NCBI GenBank assembly: GCA_014238525.1
Contig: JABAAY010000002.1
Span: 1 to 47,121, forward strand
Source: Mycoplasmatales bacterium
Lineage (GTDB): Bacteria > Bacillota_I > Bacilli_A > Mycoplasmatales > JABAAY01
Length of the DNA stretch: 47,121 nucleotides
Direction of reading: 5' to 3'
The notes below the pieces were generated by a model. That model had not been told where the DNA came from and made no database searches. It saw nothing but the letters and a program-made list of their open reading frames with translations. How positions within the stretch are numbered: position 1 is the first letter of the stretch; every line of letters begins with the position of its first letter. The translations under genes were made by a program, and so were the position numbers. Positions 1 through 16,075 of this stretch are shown here, piece by piece.

Positions 1-1
1 T

Positions 2-664
2 GAATTAGGAAAAGACCCTGACTTGATGGATGATGTTAGTTCTTCGTTTCTTTTGTTATTGTATAGCATGTTTATAACAGGTGAAAGTTATAAATTAACG
101 GGCGACAAAACAATGGATACTAGTCCTGAAATACTATTTATTGAGCCCGTCTTTCAATTAACGAGAAATGGTTCTTTAAACAACTACAACAGCGTTTCCC
201 TTGCTTCTGCTGTTACAGCCGGCTTGCTTGGTACGATTATTGGTGGAATAGGCGCAGGTCCTGTTGGCGCTATTGCTAATGGTGTTGGCTCCGCATTAAT
301 TGGATTGTTTATGCCTCAAATGAATGCGGCGGGTGCTAATGGCATTAAAATGGCATTGGAAGAACCTGATTTTATTCCTATTGATGGAGCAAAAGCATTT
401 CTTTGAGATAATTCTGTAATGTTAAAAAATAAATACTTTGGTGATGAATCATACAACATAGATAAATTCTTTATAACTGATATTAGTTTGAATATGAATT
501 TTGAAACAAAATTAAGTTACGATGGATGACACGGATGAAAACCTTATGCAATAATGTCAAGTCCTTCTGTTTCAATGTCTTACATAGCGGAAGGCACTAG
601 GGTTGTCACTACAGCAACTACCTATGACTATTCTCAATGACTTATAGAAAAGAAAGAAATATAA
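2..664 (+). CDS. Secreted/membrane-inserting protein of unknown family, C-terminal part (5' end cut by the window edge); paralog of 666..1901
   Basis: Open frame from position 2. It reads through four TGA codons (404, 524, 533, 638) to TAA at 662..664. It is collinear with the C-terminal ~220 aa of the next gene (ELGKDPDLMDDVSSSFLL..., glycine-rich hydrophobic block, ...YDYSQW...). Confidence 0.6.
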
Positions 665-665
665 A

Positions 666-1901
666 ATGAAAAAAAATAAGAAAAAAATAATTAAATCTTT
701 ACTTGGTGCAGCTGGTTCTGCTACCTTAATAGGTCCTGCTGTTACAATGTTAAATTCCAACACAGAAATTAATGTAAATGATGATGTAGTGGTAAAGGAT
801 AAAGAAACTTCAAGCAAACAATTTGAATGACAAGACGGCTTGTTCGCAGAAGATGTACCGGTATTATTTGGAGGCTCTGTGGATTTTTCAGCAACATTAG
901 GTTTTGTACACGCTGACCGCGCTGGCAGAGGATGATCCAATATGTTTTGAGGCAACCATTGAAATTTTGCTGTCAATAATGGCGCAGAACAAATGTATCG
1001 AGATCACGGAATTGGGAAACAAAAAAGTATTTCTGCAGAGAGAATGACTGGTAAAAAGTTCACTTACTCCGACCATCGTGAAAATTTAGGTGACGGCAGT
1101 GGTTACAATACCGATGCTGTGTTTTTAAACGAAGGTTCGTTAGGTTCCACACTTGCTTACGATAATTACGAGATACAAGTAGAACGAAAAGACGAAGGCT
1201 CAGGTGATTCTAACCCAGTTTACACATCGCAATTAAGAAGTAATTTTGAATTAGGAAAAGACCCTGACTTGATGGATGATGTTAGTTCTTCGTTTCTTTT
1301 GGTAATGTATAGTATGTTCATAACCGGGGAAGGTGCTGAACTAACTGGAGATCCGACAATGGATGTTAGTCCAGAATTTCTCCACATTACTCCTGTAGTA
1401 CAAATAAATAGAGGTGGATTTGCCAATATGTATAACGGGATGTCTTTAGCGGGCGCAGTAGGTGGCGGAATTATTGGTGCTTTAAGTACCTTAGGAGGAG
1501 GCAGTACTGCTGCTGTTACAATAGGGCTTCAAGGATTATTGGCTAGTTTGTTTGGTCCACAAATGAATATGTCTGCTCACAATGGTATTATGACTACTTT
1601 GAGTAATCCTTCTTATATAGCGTTACCCAAAGCTAAAGAATTTATTTGAAATGAAGGTGTGAGACTTAGAAACAAGTATTTTACGGATGAAAATTATCAC
1701 ACCAAACAATTCTTTGTTAATGATATTTCCTTAACAATGGATTTAGAAACCAAGTTGGAGTATGATGGCATACACGGTTGAAAACCTTTTATGGTGGCTA
1801 AAAATCCTGGCGTCTCTATTAGTTATACTGCGTCAGGAACTAGAACTGTTGTAACTGCATCTACTTATGATTATTCACATTGAATAATAGAAAAAAGATA
1901 A
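666..1901 (+). CDS. Secreted/membrane-inserting protein of unknown family (411 aa) with an N-terminal signal/anchor and an internal glycine-zipper hydrophobic segment
   Basis: ATG at 666 lies 1 nt after the upstream TAA. The N-terminus MKKNKKKIIKSLLGAAGSATLIGPAV has no Cys. The frame joins track ORF 993..1649 and continues across TGA codons to TAA at 1899..1901. The internal segment is GMSLAGAVGGGIIGALSTLGGGSTAAVTIGLQGLLASLFG. Confidence 0.65.
1247..1301 (+). repeat. 55-nt tract identical to window positions 1..55 (shared by the two tandem paralogs)
   Basis: Direct comparison shows that tgaattaggaaaagaccctgacttgatggatgatgttagttcttcgtttcttttg is identical in both copies. Identity drops abruptly to roughly two thirds afterwards. 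Confidence 0.9.
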
Positions 1902-1930
1902 CCCTTATTATTAAAAATTAATGGCTTGTT

Positions 1931-1954
1931 AACTAATAATTTTTATTATTAGTT
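1931..1954. terminator. Weak AT-rich hairpin between convergent genes (possible intrinsic terminator)
   Basis: Perfect 10-bp inverted repeat aactaataat / attattagtt with a tttt loop, followed by attttgttt. It lies between the stop at 1901 (+) and the rpoC stop at 1962 (-). The stem has only one G:C pair, so stability is low. Confidence 0.3.
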
Positions 1955-1961
1955 ATTTTGT

Positions 1962-5687
<3,726 letters not shown>

Positions 5688-5688
5688 A

Positions 5689-9222
<3,534 letters not shown>

Positions 9223-9280
9223 ACTTATTATTCTCCCTAAGACTAAAAATTCAACTTCTGTTGGTACAACATGCTAATAA

Positions 9281-9310
9281 ATTATACACTAATTTTTTTT
9301 TTTGATACAA
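9281..9310 (-). promoter_or_regulatory. Candidate sigma-70 promoter for rpoBC (-35 TTGTAT, 18-nt spacer, extended -10 TGTATAAT)
   Basis: On the minus strand the sequence reads TTGTAT-caaaaaaaaaaattag-TG-TATAAT. It lies in the 92-nt gap between the R1 stop (9315) and the rpoB ATG (9222). Confidence 0.4.
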
Positions 9311-9314
9311 ATTT

Positions 9315-11876
9315 TTAAGAACCACACGCGACGCAATCATCGGGATCGTTAATTGAACAAGATAGTTGTTCATCAGCTAAATCATCATTCTCAATTATGT
9401 CAGATGAGAATTTTCTTGTTTCTTCTGTGCTTAGTCTGGTTTGTTTTGATTTTTGAGAAACAGTGAATTGAATCGCATTAGCAGCAGATTTAGTTCTTAA
9501 ATAATATAAACCTGTTTTTAATGCTTTTTCTGGCGTAGACCCGAACACTAAGTTGTCTTTAATAGACTCTAATTCTAGATTCAATAATTCTTTTTCTTCA
9601 GAAGTAGCGGTTTTGATTTTCTTTTGAATTTCTTTATACTTATTAAATGCCTGAACATCCTTAGTTACACCGTTTCCTCACCCATAAAAGTGCATTGTAT
9701 TTAAAGTTCCGAAATTAGGATCCGCCAAATGTATATTCATGGATTGTGTTTGATCTATGAAAGGGGCCCTTTCAGAATAAAGGTCAATAACGCTTCGTTG
9801 ACTTATTTCTCAAACAGTTTTATATTTTTGTTTTATTTTGTCGCTTACATCCAAATTTTGAACACTACCGTTGTTCAATTTAATTTCATTAATTAATTCT
9901 GGAGTTCATAACTTTTCCTTAACAAGGTCATTAACAAGATGTCTGTTAACAACAATGTACTCGCCTGCTAAAACTCTTCGCACATATAAATTAGAGACTT
10001 GTGCTTCGCAACTCGCTTCATTATTAAAAATGGTGGCTGTGGAAGCGGTAGGCATCGAGCAAGTTAATAGCGAATTTCTGACGCCATATTTTCTAATGTT
10101 TGTGCGTAATGTTTCCCAATCATAATCATCACTAGGTTTAACGTTTCACATATCAAATTGAAGAATTCCCTTGGAAATGGGAGACCCTTTATATGTTTTG
10201 TATGTTCCGTCTTTTTTTGCAATATCATTAGATGCCGATAAGGCAGCAAAATAAATGGTTTCAAAAATCTTAATATTTATTTTCTTTGCTTCCTCGCTGT
10301 CAAAATTTATATCCATTTTAAAGAATACATCTGCTAGTCCTTGTGTTCCCAATCCTATTGGTCTGTGTTTAAGATTAGAAAATTTAGCAGACTCAACTGG
10401 ATAAAAGTTTACATCTATAACCTTGTCTAAATTTTTTGTTGCAAAGTAAGCAATTTCTTCTAGTTTTTTATAATTCATTTTTTTGTTTTCAACAAAACGA
10501 GGTAATGAGATGCTTGCTAAATTACAAACAGCAATTTCGTCAGCGGAAACGTATTCTAAAATTTCTATACAAAGATTAGATGTTTTTAATGTCCCAAGAT
10601 TTTTTTGATTAGACTTAATGTTCGCAGAATCTTTATACGCAATATACGGTGTTCCAGTCTCAATTTGAGACTCTAGAATTAATTTTCAAAGCTCTCTTGC
10701 TCTAACTTGTCTTATGTATCTTCCTTCGCTTTCGTAACCTTCGTATAGTTTTACAAATTCTTCTGCATATACTTCCTGCAAACCAGGACACATTGATGGA
10801 CACATTAATGATCACATTTCGTCTTTTTTTACTCTTTGCATGAATAAATCATTCATTCAAATTGCATAGAATAAATCTCTTGCCCTCATCTCTTCTTTAC
10901 CATGATTTTTTTTCAAATCAAGAAAATCAAAAATATCATTATGTCACGGCTCAAGATAAATTGCAAAGGCACCTTTTCTTTTCCCACCGCCTTGATCAAC
11001 GTATCTTGCTGTTTCGTTGTAAACTTTTAACATTGGGATTAGACCGTTAGAAATTCCGTTTGTACCGGAAATATAAGAGCCTGATGCCCTAATGTTAGAA
11101 ACGGCCAATCCTATTCCGCCAGCTGTTTTGGAGATCATTGCAACTCGATGTAACGTATCATATATGCCTTGAATACTGTCATCGGTAACTGTTAATAAAA
11201 AACAAGAGGATAATTGGGGATGTAACGTTCCTGCATTAAAAAGTGTCGGCGAAGCGTGAGTAAAATAGTGTTCAGACATGTAGTTGTATGTTTTGATTGC
11301 AGAATCAATATCGTTTTTGTGAATCCCAATTGCTACTCTCATGTACATGTACTGTGGTCTTTCTATAGGATATAGTCCTCCGTGTTCGTCACTGTGTTGT
11401 TTTAATAAATATGATTTAAAGAGAGTTCCATACGCCATGATATTAAAATAATAATCTCTAGAACTGTCTATGGCAGCATTCAATCTGTCTTTGTTTTTCA
11501 TTACTATGTCGTAGTGTTCTTTAGAAATTTGTGGAAGAGCACGATTCAGTACCTTGTCGTGATAACGATAAAGTAATTCCGAACATTCGTCAAAAGTGCT
11601 TGGCGTATCTTTGTACAAGGCTTTTATTGCTAAACGACCAGCCAAAAGTAAGTAATCCGGGTGTTTCGCTCCGCAAGAAGCAGCGGTTTCAATTGTTAAT
11701 TGTTCCAATGATCTTGTAGAAACACCTGGATATAATCCGTTAATAACTTTTTTGGCTATTTCAAGTGGAATTACATATTCGCTGTTCAAGCTAAACATTG
11801 CAGACTTGATGAATTTTAATATTTTTTCTAAGTTAACATTTTGTTTTTTGCCATTTCGTTTAACTACGTATGACAT
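9315..11876 (-). CDS. nrdA: Ribonucleoside-diphosphate reductase large subunit, class Ia, eukaryotic RRM1-like (853 aa)
   Basis: The ORF pieces join across TGA codons only, checked codon by codon. Evidence for the call:
- ATP-cone start [16 protein letters not shown].
- [24 protein letters not shown].
- [84 protein letters not shown].
- SNLCIEI.
- A C-terminal tail ending [10 protein letters not shown]; human RRM1 ends ...DECLMCGS. Confidence 0.93.
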
Positions 11877-11879
11877 GTC

Positions 11880-12857
11880 TTAAAAATCCGAATCAAAGTT
11901 TATTGCATTGTCTTTTTTACCAACACCGGCTTTTTTGTACTCGGAAACTCTTTTTTCGAAAAAGTTAGTTTTTCCTTCCAATGAAATCATGTCCATGAAA
12001 TCAAAAGGATTTTCTGAATTATAAATTTTTCCTATGTGTATTCTTTCTAATCAGAAATCAGCCACATACTCTATGTACTGGCACATTAATTTTGCGTTCA
12101 TGCCAATAAGAGCAACTGGTAACGATTCCTCTACAAATTTTTTCTCAATTTCAACTGCTTCTTTGAAAATATTTATTATTTGGTTTTTGGGCAATTTATT
12201 AACAATATGATTGTTGTATAAGATAGTAGCAAATTCACAATGTTTCCCTTCATCGCGAGAAATCAACTCATTCGAAAAAGTTAATCCTGGCATTAATCCA
12301 CGTTTTTTCAATCAAAAAATCGCACAAAAACTGCCAGAAAAGAATATTCCTTCTACAACCATAAATGCTATTAATCGCTCTTGGAATGTTCCCTTGGTTA
12401 TTCATTTAATTGCTCATTCAGCTTTTTGTTGTACGATGGGAATGGTTTCAATGGCTTTAAACAAATGCTCTTTTTCCTTAGGGTCTTCAATATAGGTATC
12501 TATTAGAAGAGAATAAGTTTCGGAATGAATGTTTTCCATTGCGCCTTGGAATGCATAATAAAAACGCGCTTCTGTATATTGAACATCTACTATCATTCTT
12601 TCAAGAATGTTTTCGTTCACAATTCCATCACTAGCGGCGAAAAAGGCAAGAACATACTTAATAAAATGTTTTTCTCCGTCATTTAATTTTTTTCTTCAGT
12701 CAGTTAAATCGGCATGTAAGTCTATTTCTTCTGCTGTTCAAAACATAGCCTCCACTGCTTTGTACTGTTCTCACAAGTCAGCATGCTGAATTGGGAAAAT
12801 AACAAACCTGTCTTCTGTTTTTACCAACAGAGGTTCTACTAAGTTTTTTTCTTCCAT
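11880..12857 (-). CDS. nrdB: Ribonucleoside-diphosphate reductase small subunit, class Ia, eukaryotic RRM2-like (325 aa)
   Basis: ATG at 12857 follows an AAAGGGGA Shine-Dalgarno. Evidence for the call:
- [26 protein letters not shown].
- [12 protein letters not shown].
- [21 protein letters not shown] (Fe ligands and radical Tyr).
- [26 protein letters not shown].
- [26 protein letters not shown].
- The tail ends ...NFDSDF.

All internal stops are TGA. Confidence 0.93.
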
Positions 12858-12975
12858 TTTTCCCCTTTCTTATATATTAATTATTTTTCTTTAAATTAAT
12901 AATTTTAAATATAATAAACAACAAGATTATTGGGTTTTTTTTAAATTACTACTAAAAATTTACCAATTGAGAAAG

Positions 12976-13338
12976 TTATTTAATTTCTACTTCAGCGCCA
13001 GCATCTTTTAGTTTGGTAGCAATCTCTTCTGCTTCCTCTGGTTTAATGCTTTCTTTAATTGGTGTAGGTGCGGATTCAACTTTTTTCTTCGCATCCATTA
13101 ATCCTAGCCCTGTAAGTTCACGAACTATCTTAATGACGGGAACTTTGTTTGCTCCAAAGCTTTTTAAAGTAACTGTAACTTCACTTGGTGCTTCGTCTAC
13201 AACTGCTGCTGCTGCCATAGTTGGTGCTGATGCTGTTACTCCAAATTCTGTTTCGATAGCCTCTATAAGTTCGTTTATTTCTAATAAACTCATTTCTTTT
13301 AAGCTAGCTATTAAATCCTCTTTTTTTATTTTTGCCAT
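12976..13338 (-). CDS. rplL: 50S ribosomal protein L7/L12
   Basis: Single ORF of 120 aa. It has a typical N-terminal dimerisation helix, an Ala-rich hinge and a C-terminal domain (LGLMDAKKKVE...AGAEVEIK). Confidence 0.95.
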   Translation of the reverse strand: MAKIKKEDLIASLKEMSLLEINELIEAIETEFGVTASAPTMAAAAVVDEAPSEVTVTLKSFGANKVPVIKIVRELTGLGLMDAKKKVESAPTPIKESIKPEEAEEIATKLKDAGAEVEIK

Positions 13339-13351
13339 TATTTCTCCTTTT

Positions 13352-13858
13352 TTATGCTTTTTGTGTTTCTTTTGTTTCTGATAACGCTTTTAGTGTTCTT
13401 GCTAATTTAGCGGTTGGTTCTTGTAAACATGACAGTAGCATGGATAACAAGCCTTCACGATTTGGTAATGTAGCCAATTTCTTAACATCATCTGAAGATG
13501 TTCATTTAAAGTTAAAAATTCCAGACTTAAACTGAATTTTTTTTTCTTTGTTTGCAGAGGCAAAATTCGCTAGAACTCTAGCTCCTGCTAATTCGTCCTC
13601 GAATGAGAATATATAGCCGTTTGGTCCAAGAATATCGTTTTCCAATTCAGGGTATTTTTTGAATTCTAAAGATCTTTTAATTGTGTTTTTTTTAATTATT
13701 TTAAGAGATGCTTCTTCTTTTAGTAAATTGCTTCGCAATTCATTCATGTTATTTGCAGATAACTTCTGATAATCAAAAATTATCATGCTTTTAGCTTTTT
13801 TTAAAACATCCTTTGTTGCGTTTATGTCTTTGGTTTTGTTTTTAATGCTGGCTCTCAT
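13352..13858 (-). CDS. rplJ: 50S ribosomal protein L10 (168 aa)
   Basis: Track ORF 13502..13858 continues through TGA 13502 to TAA at 13352..13354. It lies immediately upstream of rplL, the canonical position and size. Confidence 0.9.
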
Positions 13859-13974
13859 AACACTCTTTCTCTTGTCTGTTTATTGAGAACCTTTGAACAG
13901 ATGCCTCGGTAACTATTAAGGTTCCCCTGTTACTTTCTTTGGCAACAATTCAATAATATAATAAAATAATACAA

Positions 13975-14592
13975 ATGGAACAAAAACAATGTTTAATTCT
14001 CATAGATTGTCAAAATGATTTTTTTGACAATGGTTCTTTGGGAATAAAGGGAAGCAAAAAAATTATTTCTAATATCAACGAATTGATAAAACAAAGTCGT
14101 TTAAGAGATGATCTAATAATTGCTAGTAAGGACTGACATACTTCGAATCATTGTTCTTTTGCTACATCTCATCCGGGAAAAAAGGAATTTGATGAGATAA
14201 AAATGAATGGAATCGTTCATACTCTTTGACCCGTTCATTGCGTTGCCAACACTAAAGGTGCCGAGTTAAATAGCGAACTTCATTTGAATGATTTGGAATA
14301 CATAGTAAAAAAAGGAACAAAAGCTGATGTTGAAGCATATAGCGTATTCAAAGATGTATACAAAAACAAATCAACTAATATTGAGAAAATACTCTCACAA
14401 CATTCTATTAAGAAACTTATACTGGTCGGACTGGCATTGGACTTTTGTATTTTTTATTCAGCAATGGATGCCGTTGACTTGGGATACGATGTTGAAATTG
14501 TGCTTAATGCAACTGCTTCTATCTCGGAAAAGAGAAAAATACAGAAAACAAAACTACTAAAAGAAAAAGGTGTGTCCTTTAGAAATGTATAA
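13975..14592 (+). CDS. pncA: Nicotinamidase/pyrazinamidase (isochorismatase family, 205 aa)
   Basis: The N-terminus MEQKQCLILIDCQNDFF...ASKDW(TGA)H...TLW(TGA)PVHCV is collinear with E. coli PncA. The catalytic Asp (IDCQND), Lys (VKKG) and Cys (ALDFC) are present. Confidence 0.85.
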
Positions 14593-15016
14593 CGAGAAAT
14601 ATATTTTTAAAAAAATAGACAAAATCTATGAAGAACTAAGTTCTACTTTTGAATACAAAGGATGAAAATGAAATGATTGCATATATCATGTCATTCCCAT
14701 GAGTTTAAAAAATGTTGAAAAGGAACAGAAGTATATTGGCACTTTCAATTTTGAAAAAAGTGTCATAGTTTTCAAAAGTGCTAAAAAAGATTTAAACTTC
14801 AACTGAATTATTGAGGTAGATGATATAAAAAGATACGGCATAATAAAAACTATTCATGAAAATCAGAATTGAGTTACATTGGTTCTCCACTTGTTTAAAG
14901 GTAAACGAATGGTTAAAATATTATTAAACACTAAGCAGAGTTTTTCATTTTTATCTGCTTATAAAACTTGAATAGGTGATAACGTTGATAAGTTCAGAGG
15001 AATCTTGTTGAAGTAA
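14585..15016 (+). CDS. Hypothetical protein (143 aa), visible only under code 4
   Basis: ATG at 14585 overlaps the pncA stop by 8 nt. The frame contains five in-frame TGA codons and no TAA or TAG until TAA at 15014..15016. It is absent from the standard-code ORF track. Confidence 0.55.
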
Positions 15017-16075
15017 CTATGATTTATAGTAAATTTTAACGCTTGGACTCATCGTAGAACTAATAGCAATTGTCTTAACATAATCGCCTTTTGCGCTGGA
15101 AGGTTTGGAGCGTATTATTTTACTTAATATGAAGTCATAATTTTCAATTAATTGTTTATCCGTAAAACTGCTTTTCCCCAATACACAGTGAACATTAGCA
15201 TCCTTATCTGTGCGATACTCAATCATGCCTTGTCGTATTTTCTTTATTATAGAAACAACATCGGTTGTAACTGTGCCCAATTTAGGATTTGGCATCAATC
15301 CCTTAGGTCCTAATAATTTGCCAATTTTACCTATTTCAGGCATCATTTCAGGTGTTGCAACCACGTTATCAAATTCAAATCATTTCTGATTTTTAATTCT
15401 TTCGATCATGTCTGCGTTTCCGACATAATCAGCGCCGGCTTCCTTTGCTTCTTTTTCTTTGGACTTAGTCAATACAAGAATTTTAACTTTTTTACCTGTT
15501 CCGTTTGGAAGGGCAAGTGTGCCTCTTAGTTGTTGATCAGCATGCTTAGTGTTTAAGTTCAAACGGAACACAACATCTATTGTTTCTATTTTGTCTTTTT
15601 TGATAACTTTTTTAATAACACTGATTGCTTCATTTATTTCGTAATTTTTGGACTTGTCAATGCTTTTTAGTTGAGCACGATAAAATTTTCCTTTACGCTC
15701 AATAATGCTTTTTCTCTTTGCGGGAGGTTTTTTCACTACTGGCTTGACGCTCTGCTTTTTTTCATCAACAGAGTCTAAATCTTGTTGAGTGTCTCTTTCA
15801 ACTTCTTCAGTCGCGTTCATCTTTAAAGGATCTTCTTCTTTTGCAGGAGGAGGAGTAATTAAAACTTCTTCTGTCTTAACTTCTTCTGTCTTAACTTCTT
15901 TTGTCTTAACTTTTTCTTTGGGACCTGTATTCGAAGCAACTATTTCATGTGAAACATCGGTAACGGCTAATTGAGCTACCTCTTCCATAAAATCATTTTT
16001 TTTATCCAAATTGGATTTTTCATCTTCTGGTGCGTTTGTGTTATCAATAACTATTGTTTTTTTAATTTCAGCCAT
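15017..16075 (-). CDS. rplA: 50S ribosomal protein L1 with a ~117-aa acidic/Lys-rich N-terminal extension (352 aa)
   Basis: Two track ORFs join at TGA 15380. The canonical L1 core starts near [30 protein letters not shown] and includes [13 protein letters not shown]. The frame stays open a further ~117 codons upstream, to an ATG that overlaps the rplK stop (TAATG at 16073..16077). Confidence 0.85.
15863..15907 (-). repeat. 3 x 15-bp tandem repeat (encodes KTEEV/KTKEV units) inside the L1 extension
   Basis: The units aacttcttctgtctt, aacttcttctgtctt and aacttcttttgtctt follow head to tail and in frame with rplA. Confidence 0.85.

Noticed and set aside
572-976. 134-aa minus-strand ORF opposite the start of the 666..1901 gene.
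   Set aside because: It is an antisense shadow of a better-supported plus-strand gene. It has Phe/Leu-rich composition from complementing Lys/Glu codons and no start context.
12858-12975. Looked for an NrdR box or a terminator between rplL and the RNR operon.
   Set aside because: I found no convincing palindrome or stem-loop. Only an AT-rich spacer with a good Shine-Dalgarno (AAAGGGGA) precedes the R2 ATG.
13013-13381. 122-aa plus-strand ORF overlapping rplL.
   Set aside because: It is antisense to an unambiguous L7/L12 gene. Its Ser/Ala-rich low-complexity product is typical of a shadow frame.
13859-13974. Possible ribosomal protein L10 leader (autoregulatory RNA) upstream of rplJ.
   Set aside because: Short complementary segments exist (guaac/guuac and gaacc/gguuc), but I cannot establish the Rfam L10-leader fold by eye. 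The region must also hold the divergent pncA promoter. I have not reported it as a feature.
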